Assembly: GCA_002269645.1 (NCBI GenBank)
Contig: NIVC01004323.1
Span: forward strand, 1 to 50,554
Length of the DNA stretch: 50,554 nt
From: Macrostomum lignano
Lineage: Eukaryota
Direction of reading: 5' to 3'
Below, piece by piece: positions 1-14,075 of the stretch (position 1 is its first letter; every line of letters begins with the position of its first letter). Made by a program: the position numbers and the translations under genes. The notes under the pieces are model-generated. The model was not told the DNA's origin and made no database searches. It saw only the letters and a list, made by a program, of their open reading frames with translations.

Positions 1-204
1 AGCGCCGCTCTGCAGTCGCTAATCCTGAGCAGCCTCACACTGGCCTTGCTCGCTGCAGGACGACATCACCAGCTTGCTTGCCTGGCTTCTGGCTGTGCAA
101 GCTCAGCCGGGCGAATTGGCCGAAGCGATCGACACCTGCCTGACTCGATTGGACGCCCTGAAGTTGCTGGGCTCTGCCAGCATCAAGGCTGGTCAGGAAC
201 AGCA
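1..204 (+). CDS. HELQ: HELQ exon (5'-truncated, with an apparent frameshift between 22 and 59)
   Basis: Frame 1 SAALQSLILSSLTL switches to frame 2 DDITSLLAWLLAVQ...GQEQ. Donor GTGAGT at 205 is phase 2 and matches the acceptor at 3761. Confidence 0.75.
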
Positions 205-3200
205 GTGAGTGCGCCTGCAGATGCTGGGCTCTGCCTCTATTGTTTTATTTTGGTAGCTCACGCGGAGCTTTTTCCGGTTTGAATGTTTACCTTAGCAACG
301 CAAACTGGTGCTTTGTGAGCTCGAATATTCACCTTAGGAACTCAAACTTAAGGCTAATCAGTTCGACTGTTTACCTTAGCAACGCAAACTAATGCTTTTT
401 CAGTTCGATTATTTACCTTAGCAACGCAAACTAAGGCTTAATCAGTTTGACTGTTTACCTTAGCAACGCAAACTAATGCTTTGTCAGTTCGAATTTTTAC
501 CTTAGCAACGTAAACTGGTGCTTAGTCAGTTCGATTGTTTACCTTAGCAACGAAAATTGGTGCTTAGTCACTTCGAATGTTTACCTTAGCAACTCAAACT
601 GATGCTTAGTCAGTTTCAGTATTTACCTTAGCAACAGGAACTAATGCTTAGTCAGTTCGAATGTTTACCTTTACAACACAAACTGATGGTTAATCAGTTC
701 GAATGTTTACCTTAGAAACGCAAACTGATGCTTTTTCAGTTAAACTATCTACCTTAGCAACACAAGAGAAATTTAAGCAGCTCAGATATTTTAGTTTTCG
801 TTAAGTTTCGCATAAAAAATAGAAAAAGTCTAGAAAGAATTGCAATAACCAAAAAATATTTCATATAACTTGTCGAATTTCTATCATATACGAAAGCTAA
901 AGCTCAAATTGCTTGCTTTTTAGTTTGGAAAATGAATGTAAAAAACCAAGTAAAAAATCATCACATGTGGCCGTGGACCCTGAAGCGGTACACGCAGGTG
1001 TAGTCCGGTTGGCCATGGTTGTTGCCAACCTCCAGCAGCACGTATCTAAACACAGCCGATTCCATCGCCGCCTCGCTGTCCACGATGTGAAAAGTTTGCG
1101 TAGGCGGTCCCGACTCTGCGTCGTAGGCAAAGCAGCCCAGCCGGCGTCCAGTCTTGAAGTCGCACGCCTTGGTCAGTCCGTAGACGCAGAACCGCTTCGG
1201 CGCGCTGGCCACCGAGTTGTTGAACGCCTGCAGCCGGCTGATGTGGTCGATGCTGACTGCCGACACGCGAATCGGCCGGCTGAGCTGCACGACCGCCCGG
1301 CCTGGGAAACCGGCGAATGACCAGCAGTCTCCCGGCTGGAGACCCGACGGGCCGCTGATGATTGTCTCTGGATCTGGCAGTCGCCGCCACCAGCGCTGCC
1401 ATCGCTGCCACCAGCTTGTCAAGCCGCAGTTGCCATTGTGAGCCAGTAGCACGGCTGCACCGCCGCTCTTCAGCGCATAGTCGGGCAGCTGATCCGCTTC
1501 AACAGTTGAGCCTTGCTGACCAGCCGATCTGACAAACTGTCCACACCGACCATTCAATGCTGATGCCGTCTGTTCAAGCCGACGTAGTTGTACAGATTGC
1601 TTTTCAAACCTGGCTTCGGTGACAGATTTTAAACTGTCCAGTTGAGCTTGAAGTTTCTCGTGCTCCTTAGAGCGATGCCGATCCTTAGTGATTTGTTCAC
1701 TCGTGCACTTCTCTGTCCGCTTGGCTAAGTCTTTGACTTGACCGTCAAGTTTGTCCAGATCCTTCTGCAGCTGCTGGATGCTGCCAGTCTGAATACTGCT
1801 GTCACAGTTTCGTCCCGCGAGTTGTTGAGACCTTGATGCAACAGATTTGCGTTAATCCATGGATGTAAAAACTTGTTTAACAGGGACTTTATATCAATAA
1901 TTCAGATCTTTCAGTTGACTCTAACCGCATCTCTTTTGGACACTCAAGTGAAGCTTTAAATGCAAATACTTGACGTAAGACTATAAGCCCCTTACATTCC
2001 ATGGTTCAAAGCGACGAAAATATTACAAAAACTTGCTTTTAACATTATCTACGACTAATTGATTGCCTCTTAACCAGAAAGGATAGATTAGCCTTAACAA
2101 CAGCTGAATTGGCTTGCAGTTTGTTGGAGACGGCAGCTCGGTATTGCGAATTATATCTCTATATCAGATATAATTGAAAAAATATTGATATTTAACTTGC
2201 CTGTGCTGCGGAGGAATATCTACACCCGGTGTCATATTAATTCCGAGATTGCCGTTCAAAGAGGAATCCAGATTGTCATCATAGATGCCGTCATAGGTAG
2301 CAGCGGTCTTCTTCCAGGCGACCAAAATAATAGACAGGACAATAATTGACAGCAGTAACATTTGCATCCAACTTCGATTGCGTCGAACATTGATATTAGT
2401 CCTGCTATTGATAGTAATAACATTGTTGCGACTGCGACTCTTGCTGGATGATTGTCCATTCTTCTTTCTTTGGTTGGCACTTGGCGAAGTAGTTAGACTT
2501 TCCTTACTTAATGTTGTGGTGTTGGTAGCAGTTCTCCAGCCACCGCGTGACAAAGAACTTGCCGGAGAAGACAGTCCAGCGTATGACGATAACCCACTAT
2601 CTTGGTGAACGTTGCGCAGTGGGGTACTCGCTTTACGGAGTGGCATACCTGGTGGCGTCTTAATCACTGGCAATTTTTCATTGCTTACGAGTACATCATC
2701 GCCTGCTGCTGATTTTGTGTAGACTCTGTGCTGTAGCACCCGGGCCGCTTGCTGCTGTGCCGGATTCGGGTTGTGACGACGCTGTCGCACACGCACCAGC
2801 CGATGCGCTCGCAGAATGAGCGCAGTATCCTGCCAGCTGGCAAATTATAAACTGTCGGCATTTTCCGCTTTGGTACGGCGGCTGTCTTTAACGTTGGGCT
2901 CATTCTTGTTGATCGCTGCGCTTTCTATAAAATTGCCAACCAAATTTATTAGAACGCGACCGAAACTTGCCGTCTTATACGCAGCTTTTTGGTTAGCTTG
3001 GCCATAAACAACTTCCTACGCGTAGGTTAATAACTTGCTTGCATGCTAGTTATATATGGCTACATTGATTGCGCCTAAGTGAACGTGTTTAGTACATTTA
3101 GCCATATATGGATATGGTGTAAAAGCTAAAGTTAAAGTTTGGCTAAATTAAGAAAATTTGTGCCTAAATTAAAGTTTAACCTACCTTTGGAACCAACCAA

Positions 3201-6200
3201 TTGACGTTTATATTATGTTTACTTTCACCACTATTATTACTACAGATAGTAGTGATTAAAGAATAAAAAAATACTTAAATTAAAAAAATGTTCCTAAAGC
3301 GAATCGATTATTTACCGTAGCAACGCAAAGGATGCTAAGGCGCATCGATTGTTTACCTTAGCAACACAAAGGATGCCAAAGCGAATTGATTATTTACCGT
3401 GCTAAGGCGCATCGATTGTTTACCTTAGCAACACAAAGGATGCCAAAGCAAATCGATTATTTACCGTGCTAAGGCGCATCGATTGTTTACCTTAGCAACG
3501 CAAAAGATGCCAAAGCGAATCGATTGTTTACCTTAGCAACACAAAGGATGCTAAGGCGCATCAATTGTTTACCTTAGCAACACAAATGATGCTTAAGCGC
3601 ATCGATTGTTTACCTTAGCAACACAAATGATGCTAAAGCGCATCGATTTTTGACCGTAGCGACGCAAAGGATGCCAGAGCGAATCGATTGTTTAACTTAG
3701 CAACAGACCTTACATAAGCTCGAATATTTATCATGGAAATAAAATATATTCGAATTCGCAGATCGGCGCCTCAGCCGCAGTCCTCACCATCCGCTAGCCT
3801 GACTGCCAGCCAACTTGCCGTCGCCTGCGTCAAAGGCTGCGTCGAACCTGAACGAGCAAACAACGTCCTGGCCGAGCTCAATCAGGCCCTGGGCAGCCTG
3901 CAGCTGGACTCCTACGTGCACCTGCTCTGGCTGGTTGTGCCGCCAGAATATCTGCCAGCTTCGTCGTCATCGTCAACGTCAGCGTCCTACGGCGACCTCG
4001 CCGGCCTGGCAGATTCGGCGCGCCGATTGCCGGCTCTGTTGGACTCGTTGGCGCCCGCTGAACGGTGCGCAATCGAAGCCTGCGCCGGCCTGGGCGAAGC
4101 CATGGCCATGCGGCTGGCGGCTGGCCGAGCGCCGACAGCTGAGCAGCTGGTTTGTTTCCTGGAATATCTGCCCGATTTTCCTGGGATTTATTTCCTGGAA
4201 TCTGTTCAAATAGAATATCTCTGTTTCTTGGAATTGTGTATCCTGTTTCTTAGAATGTTTACTCCGTTTCTTAGAATGTTTACTCTGTTTCTTAGAATAT
4301 GTACTCCGTTTTCTTAGATTGGCTACTCTTTTTCTTGGAATATGTCGCCGGTTTATTTTCGAATAGCTACAATCTTACCGCGATAAGTTTGCTTTACAAT
4401 AATTTCTATGTAATTTTCTATCTATCGGATTTCCTGGAATCTCCGCCTTATTTCCTTGAATTTCTACTTGATTTCATGGAATCTCCGCCTGATTTCCTGG
4501 AATTTCTACCTGATTTCTTGGAATCTCTACCTGATTTCCTGAAATCTCTATCTGATTTCCTGGAATCTATCTGATTTCGTGGAATCTCTACCTTATTTCC
4601 TGGTATCTCTACCTGATTTCCTGGAATCTCTACCTGATTTCCTGGAATCTCTACCTGTTTTCCTGGAATCTATACCTGATTTCCTGGAATTTCTATCTTA
4701 TTTCCTGGAATTTCTAACTGATTTCCTTGAATTTCTACCTTATTTCCTGGAATTTCTAACTGATTTCCTGGAATCTCTACCTGTTTTCCTGGAATCTCTG
4801 CCCGATTTCCTGGAATCTCTACCTGATTTCCCGGAATCTCTGCCGGATTTTCTCGAATCTCTGCACTACGTACTTTCTTAGAAATTTCTGGAATGTCTCG
4901 CTTTATCTACCTGTTTTATCAAATATCTACCCTTTTGCAACAGCTAGTATCCACTTTACCCGAAGCTAAATTTTGATTGTTCTTTTCCAATTTCTTTTCT
5001 CCCCCCGTCAGCCCCGCCTCCGTCGCGCCCAGCTCACTTTGGTGCTGCTCTGCCTTTGGCGCGGCGACTCCGTCTGGCGCGTTAGCGATCGGTTCAGCCT
5101 CACCAGAGGCTTCGTCCAGCAGCTGCTGACCTCCGCCGCTGCCACAGCCTCCGGGCTCGCCCAGTTTGTGCAGCCGTTCGACCAGTTGTGGGGCCTGCAG
5201 CGACTGTTGCCAGATTTTTCCCAGCGACTGGCGCACTGCGTATCTCCTGAGCTGCTGCCGCTGATGCAGCTGCCGGCTGTGCGGCGGGGCCGGTGAGTCT
5301 GGAATTCTCGAGTTGTCTACCCTCCCAGATCCTCAGGGATTAAGCTACCAGCCTCCCAGATCCTCAGGGATTAAGCTACCAGCCTCCTAGATACTCAGGG
5401 ATTAAGCTACCAGCCTCCTAGATACTCAGGGATTAAGCTACCAGCCTCCCAGATCCTCAGGGATTAAGCTACCAGCCTCCTAGATGCTCAGGGATTAAGC
5501 TACCAGCCTCCCAGATCCTCAAGGATTAAGCTACCACATTTACAGATCCTCAGTTATTAAGCTACCAGCCTCCCAGATCCTCAGGGATTAAGCTACCAGC
5601 CTCACAGATGCTCAGGGATTAAGCTACCACATTTACAGATCCTCAGGGATTAAGCTACCAGCCTCCCAGATCCTCAGGGATTAAGCTACCACATTTACAG
5701 ATCCTCAGGGATTAAGCTACCAGCCTCCCAGATCCTCAGGGATTAAGCTACCAGCCTCCCAGATCCTCAGGGATTAAGCTACCAGCCTCCTAGATGCTCA
5801 GGGATTAAGCTACCAGCCTCCCAGATCCTCAGGGATTAAGCTACCACATTTACAGATCCTCAGTTATTAAGCTACCAGCCTCCCAGATCCTCAGGGATTA
5901 AGCTACCAGCCTCACAGATGCTCAGGGATTAAGCTACCAGCCTCCCAGATGCTCAGAGATTAAGCTACCAGCCTCCCAGATGCTCAGGGATTAAGCTACC
6001 AGCCTCGTTTATTACCAATGAGTGTTAGTCCCAAGGCGCAGTGTGCACATGCCTGACTATGAGAAAGTTATGGGCGCTGTACACCCTGTGCGAGCGCGTG
6101 CCTTCGCTGGCTGTGGGCTGACTGCCCGCCTTGATTTTGCCAAACTGCACCCGCAGGGCCCGCCAGCTGTACCAGGCGGGCTTCACCAGCCTGTCGAAGA

Positions 6201-6457
6201 TCGCGGCGTCCAACGCCCGCGAGCTGTCGGCCGGAGTCGCCCATCTGCCAGTCGGTCAGGCCCGCCGCATGGTGGCCGCCGCCCGGATGTTGGTTCAAGA
6301 TGCGGCCGAATCTCTGCAGTCTGAGGCTCGCGACCTACTTGACGGTGTCGCTGGCAAACTGCAGCTGCAACAGCCGCAGCCGCCCCAACCTGATGGCACT
6401 CTGACGCCGTTGAAGGCTGCTAATGGATCTTGCGACGATTTGTTTGACTCTTCCTGA
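1..6457 (+). CDS. HELQ: HELQ (helicase POLQ-like / Hel308) C-terminal part, 4 exons: <1-204, 3762-4149, 5012-5292, 6157-6457; 5' part outside window
   Basis: The spliced translation (DDITSLL...; ASQLAVACVKG...LGSLQLDSYVHLLWLVVP; VWRVSDRFSLTRGFVQQLL...ELLPLMQLPAVRRGRARQLYQAGFTSL...QARRMVAAARML...ESLQSEARDLL*) follows the remembered HELQ C-terminus. All GT-AG junctions are phase-compatible. The stop follows the HhH region with no polymerase domain, which argues against POLQ. Confidence 0.9.
285..770. repeat. ~42-bp minisatellite, core TGTTTACCTTAGCAAC
   Basis: About 12 diverged tandem units read directly. Confidence 0.9.
961..1831 (-). CDS. SUN gene last exon (coiled coil plus SUN domain)
   Basis: Acceptor tgcatcaAG ends at 1832 on the minus strand. 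The frame is continuous to the stop at 961-963 and ends in YTCVYRFRVHG. Confidence 0.88.
961..2903 (-). CDS. SUN-domain inner nuclear membrane (LINC complex) protein of about 490-525 aa; exons ~2903(uncertain)-2201 and 1831-961; nested in HELQ intron
   Basis: Ser/Thr/basic N-terminus, one TM helix (WMQMLLLSIIVLSIILVAW), a coiled coil (IQQLQKDLDKLDGQVKDL...; frame open 1851-961) and a SUN domain (DYALKSGGAAV, QPGDCWSF, SIDHI, SAPKRFCVYG, NHGQPDYTCVYRFRVHG*). The main frame has no ATG at its 5' end; the ATG at 2903 is one base out of frame, so the start is uncertain. Subfamily not resolvable. Confidence 0.9.
2201..2903 (-). CDS. SUN gene first coding exon (nucleoplasmic region plus TM)
   Basis: Main frame open 2844-2201, with the TM helix. 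Donor CAG|GCAAGT at 2200. 5' boundary uncertain. Confidence 0.7.
3295..3710. repeat. ~41-bp minisatellite, core ATCGATTGTTTACCTTAGCAAC
   Basis: About 10 units; shares a 21-nt core with 285-770. Confidence 0.9.
3762..4149 (+). CDS. HELQ: HELQ exon
   Basis: Acceptor ttcgcAG at 3761, donor GTTTGT at 4150 (phase 0). Contains the L..ESxxHLxxL-like segment LQLDSYVHLLWLVVP. Confidence 0.85.
4152..4900. repeat. 21-bp minisatellite GATTTCCTGGAATCTCTACCT
   Basis: Tandem units, degenerate at the 5' end; gives the spurious DFLESLP ORFs. Confidence 0.9.
5012..5292 (+). CDS. HELQ: HELQ exon
   Basis: Polypyrimidine tract plus AG at 5011, donor GTGAGT at 5293 (phase 2). Encodes VWRVSDRFSLTRGFVQQLL and ELLPLM. 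Confidence 0.9.
5320..6004 (+). repeat. 31-bp minisatellite CCTCCCAGATCCTCAGGGATTAAGCTACCAG
   Basis: About 22 near-perfect units. Confidence 0.95.
6157..6457 (+). CDS. HELQ: HELQ last coding exon (HhH region)
   Basis: Acceptor ccgcAG at 6156, encodes RARQLYQAGFTSL, stop TGA at 6455-6457. Confidence 0.9.
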
Positions 6458-6846
6458 GTATATTGGGATTCGAACCTAGAACCTTTCGAAATCAGAATTT
6501 TGCAAATTTGAATAGCATTTTATACCATAATCCTAATAAGCTTGGGATTCGAACCTAGGACCTTGCGAAATGAAAGTTCCACTGATATAATAGCATTTTA
6601 TCTCATAGTCCTATTAATCCTAGGATTCGAACCATTGTACGTTGCGAAATAGAAATGAATAAAAAACATTTTCTTTAACTTTAAGATTCGAACCTCGGAC
6701 CCTTCTTCACTTTAGAATCGAGAGTAGGACCTTGAAAGTAAAAAAAATATTATTACAGTTTTTATCTGAGACGCGAACTTGAGACCTTACATAAAATTAT
6801 TGGTGTACTTTCCATTCCAAACTTTTATCTTTTGGGATGCGAACCT

Positions 6847-6847
<1 letters not shown>

Positions 6848-6898
<51 letters not shown>
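6848..6898. repeat. (TCTG)n microsatellite
   Basis: Direct reading. Confidence 0.95.
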
Positions 6899-6899
<1 letters not shown>

Positions 6900-9800
6900 A
6901 GGACCTTGCGGAAGGAAATATAAGTAGCGTTTATTTATCACCCTATTCAGAATTTCGTAGGACCGTCACTAGCTGTAAGAAACATAAAATTGCTTTGTTA
7001 TTCTAAGCACGCTACATATCGGTGTCGGTGTGAAACATTAGCTATTAGTCTTTCATTGACTTTCTAATTCGAAAAAATCGCTTTAAACAATGGATTTTTG
7101 TTGTTAAAGCGTATCTTGTATGCAAGGAAAATGCAGGCATTTGAAGCGTTACTCCAGTGCATTGAGTTATTACTCTTACTTATTTAAAATATTTGTCAGG
7201 TCTATTTAAGGCTTCTACGAGCGTATTATTAAAAGCAATAACTTTGTGCACTTTTGCACCAACAATTTCTGTTGCATTTTCGCTGTCAAATATGTGCTCT
7301 GATATTTAGGAGAAAGGTGCAGCCGTATTTATTTGCTCAAATTTTGTCATATTGGCCTGTATATCTTTGCGAATTAATGTTGCACTTTTGTTGTATATTT
7401 TCTAAAGCCAAGTTGTATAATTTGCTAAATTTGTAAGTTCATTAAAAGTTCATAATTATTTAATTGCTGACAATGCACGGTAAAAAAAGTCAGTTTTAAA
7501 TATACACAAGAAGAATCCAACAAATTATACTGATTTATAAATGCAACGTTAAAAATATATTTCAGTTTTATTGCCTTACTTTATCTTGTACATACCGACC
7601 ATGTGTACGTAGAATATTTTAATTGTGAAGACCATACAACTTTGTGTTTTAAATGAAGCGCATACATCTAAATACACTGAATCTCTAAGGTTTGTATCCA
7701 TATACTAAAAATGTGAAATTAAAATTACGAACGTAGGATATCAAATGGTAAACTTTATAATAAAAATGTATTTAAAATTATATCTTGAAACTATTTTGCA
7801 TCATACTGCGTACGCTCATGTAATTGTAAATGTAATTAAGAAATGCGCGTGCATCCGTGCAAAGCCTAAATTTTCCACTAAATTTCGGTCTATGGTATTA
7901 CGCTTGGAATACCGTATTTTATTTGCATGCACGAGACTGAAATGAAGTATTTGCTGAGTTGTACTGTATCAAAGCAATAGAGAAAACAATTCGAAACAAG
8001 TTAAATACTTATGTACATAAGTCTTATCGTGCGTTTCAGTTTAGTGGTTTAAACAAAACAGTAATTATTTTTGCAATTTAACTTTTTATAAGGGACTTTA
8101 TATTTAATGACGCGTTCAGATAAATTATTTTTTTTCACAGATTTTTAAATTCTACTGAAAACTATAAAGCGCGAAAATATATTATACCATGATTTAAAAT
8201 ATTACACCATTTATCGGTCAAGACAGTCGACTAGACATAAGACTGATAGAGCACATGACGTTTCGTCGGCAATGTAGTCTTTAACTCGTCTGCTTGATCG
8301 GATTTTCCCTTTCATCAAAACATCATGCAAAGTTTACGAGCATTACAAGTATAGTTATTTGCTTTGCGAATTTAGATTTAAAGTTCATTCCGTCTCTTAA
8401 TCGACATGCAATAATGGCATCTAATTTTGGTCAATTTAATTTCGCCTCTTCCGTGTCACCATCAGTCTACCAGCAGCAAATTACAGAATGCTCCCTGGAA
8501 TCAAAGCACGTTATTCTGTATAATTCGACATTTCCATTAAAGGAAAGCTGTGATGTAATTAAATTTTAGCATTCGGTCGAGTAAGTAATTGTAAAATTGA
8601 AATTTTGAAACATTCAGTATGGGAAAAAATCGCAAAATTGAGAAAATATCAGAAAAAAAATAGTTAGTAGTTAATAGTTAAATAATAGTTATTTTTTATT
8701 TTTCAAATGAAATAATTGGACGTTTTGCATAGAACCTTTTTCAAAACCATCTAGTACTAAATTCAGAATTGTAATTAATTAATTCCACGAAAATATGTGA
8801 GCAGCCTAAAGAATTATAGCGATTTCTTCGTTTTTAAAGCTTAAATTGAGCTCATATATATTTTTAATTTCTTTTTTGAAATGGGATTATTCAAATTAAT
8901 TACAATTAATATCAAACAAATAATCAAGAAATAATACTTGTTGTAGGTTGATATACAATATAACAAAAAATTAACTTAAGTTATTTAAGTTTAGATTAAC
9001 TTTTATATTTTGAGTAACCTTTAGAATGTTTTAATATGGCAAACACATCACAATGCGAATTTTTATTTTTTAGAAAATTATTCGATTGTCTAGCAATGAA
9101 ATTGGTGACAAGCACCAAGTTCGAGCTCAATTCGCCGTGTCAACTTCTACTCAGGTTGCAAAGGACCACGTGTACCACAGAGAGTGCGGTCGGACTTTGT
9201 ACATATTTATTGTAAATATTTCTTTATGTTAGAATAAGTCCATCTTTTGATTATTGTAAAAATAGAATGCAACAATTAATATTATAACAAACCCTTTTAC
9301 AGCGCTCAAATGAAGACAGTCAACAGGAGAAACTGTCTACAGATTTCTTTTCTGTACTGGTTGGCACGCTTTTTGGCCTGCTTTTGCTCTTACTAGTTTT
9401 CGGTCTGGTTTACAGAATACGTGAGTAGCTGTAATGGGATTCTGCAATAGTATGCTGTAAAGGAATACTGTAAGGGATGCTGTATGGGTTGCTGTAAGAG
9501 ATGCTGCAGAGGATGCTATAAGTGATGCTGTATGCTGTAAGAGTAATGCTGTAACGGATACTGTAAATGTAAAGGATTCTGTCACATAGGTCAGTCTCTC
9601 TATATGAGCTTCAACTGCATCGTCATTCACTTTCAGGTGCAAAATTCTGCAACTCATCTGCCCAAGAAACTTCGCAACGCAAAGAAGACATGCACGAGGT
9701 GAGTCACGTGATGCAGTTATCATTTCTGTCTGAAGCTGTCTTTAAGGAATAATCCCATTCCTAAAATACCCCATTCCTAAAAATATCCCTGTTCCTAAAA

Positions 9801-9964
9801 TATCTCATTCCTTAAATATCCCATTCTTAACATATCCCCATTCCATTCCTACTGGTTTTTACTGCATTTCACAGCTTTCGAATTCGGCTCGAAAGCTTGC
9901 TGCAGGAGCTGCTTCTGTGGAGACTCAGCTGATCGAGCAACAACGGGAGCTGCCACAGGTGAGC

Positions 9965-10255
9965 AGAATCCCACCCAGAACAGAATCCCATCCTAAATCT
10001 CCCAGAATCCATTCTCAATCTCCCAGAATCCCGTCAATCTTCCAGAATCCCATCCCTAATCTCCCAGAATCCCATCAATCTTCCAGAATCCCATCCCTAA
10101 TCTCCCAGAATCTCGTCAATCTTCCAGAATCCCATCCTAATCTCCCAGAATCCCGTCAATCTTCCAGAATCCTATCTCTAATCTCCCAGAATCCCATCAA
10201 TCTTCCAGAATCCCATCCCTAATCTCCCAGAATCTCGTCAATGTTCCAGAATTTT
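9965..10255. repeat. CCCAGAATC-based minisatellite (~40-bp higher unit)
   Basis: Starts immediately after the donor at 9959. Confidence 0.85.
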
Positions 10256-10737
10256 ATCCCCAAGAGTTCGGCAGTTCAGAATAATCGCAAATAATTCCAT
10301 TCCAATTGGATAAAAAGAGCCAACGCAATGCAGAGTCCGTGCAGTTATCAGGGACATCGAAGTCGATGTTATTCAAGTATTTGGATTAGAAACCCCAGCT
10401 GGTAAAGCTGAGAAGTAAATTAAAGGCGGACCCAGTATGAGGCTTGAGCAAATCTTCTTACTTATCTGCAGCAGTTGAGCTGTTAATGCAGTCAAACTCA
10501 TTTGTGTCTCAGCTGACGTTGGTCACCCAGTTCCATGCTGGGTAATCTTCATAGCTGTCTATAGAAGGCCTTTCCCAAATCCCAGTCTCGGATTTCGCCC
10601 TCAGATTTAATGCAAATGGCAGCGCTGAGTTGAAGCAGCTGGCTTGGTTTGATGGGGTTGGTTTTGAATTCGGGCCAGAGTTGCGCAACTGACGGCAGTC
10701 GCTACAGATCTTCGATTCTATGAGGGAATACTTTGAG

Positions 10738-11150
<413 letters not shown>

Positions 11151-12223
11151 CTCAGTGTCTCAATGCCTTAGGACTAAATGCATTAGTGTTTTAGTGTCAA
11201 TCAATCAATCAGCCGCAAAAGTCTCTGCATCATGCAGCGGCAGAACCACTCCCCCAAAAGCCAGTCGCAAGCCTGTCTCACTCGTACCTGTCCAAACCCC
11301 CCAGAGCGTCAGAAAAAAGGCTTCCGGGGCTAAAAAAAGGCGTTGGTGAGCAGCTCAAACATCTTTGAGCAGGAGGAAAAAGCGAACCAAGCACTTCATC
11401 TCTTTATTTTTCTCTCTCGCTTGACAAAGAATATTGTCGTGCCGGTAGGCGCGTGTTAAGGGTGCTAAAAATAAGATTGATAGGACTGGCACTCTATATA
11501 GTTATGTATTCATGTAAACTATAGTGAGAAATGTGCATTGAAGCGGAAATCAATGTTAGTTGAAGGGCTGAACACGATGGATGGCGTTATTGGAATGGAT
11601 TGGCCACAATTAACCAACAATATCGCAGACTGAACTGCCAGGTAACTAAGTTAATTTATCTCTGCTTTTGCCTTTGTCACTTCAGTTTTAGCATAGCAAC
11701 GCAAATATTAAGGCACCATGTCCTTCCCAATTGAAAACAATATGTAAAAGCTGTGCGACGGGTTTGCCATCAAGAATCTAGGTTTAAATCTCCATGAATA
11801 CGGTTTGTTCTATTCCAGATTCTAGATATAAATCTCCAGGAGGAAGGTCTTCTCGAGTTTCTTCTATTCCAGATTTCAAGTCTAAAACTCCATGAAACCT
11901 GAAAGGATCTCAGGGATCTCTTGGCTAAAAGCACCGGGCCCTTTCAATTTTAGCGCGGGCATAAGAAATTTGACATAGGATGCCGTGTCAGAGAGGAGCT
12001 TTGCTTAACCGATTGCTCTGCAGTTGCCTGCTTTCAAGCCTATAGCATTGCTGCTTAATGTGGCTCGCAGCGGCTTTTGATTAATTGCTGCTGCTACAGC
12101 GGTACTGATTTTCTGCTAGGGACAGTTGGGAATAAGTGATGACGAGGGGGGAGGATAAAATATCCCACAGAATGTCGAGCAGGCAAGTCATCTGACACTC
12201 TACCGCCACCTTTGAATAACTTA

Positions 12224-14075
<1,852 letters not shown>

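Noticed and set aside
913-1441. Plus-strand ORFs 913-1320 and 1217-1441, and overlapping minus ORFs
   Set aside because: Shadow frames of the GC-rich SUN exon.
1-6457. POLQ or bacterial helicase interpretation
   Set aside because: The spliced gene stops right after the HhH region with a HELQ-like tail; no polymerase domain follows.
6544-6590. Functional tRNA gene on the minus strand
   Set aside because: Only the T-arm and partial anticodon arm are recognisable; no A-box, D-arm or acceptor stem could be built.
7000-9300. AT-rich stretch with short ORFs
   Set aside because: No splice-consistent coding signal, transposase motifs or terminal repeats recognised; treated as intergenic.
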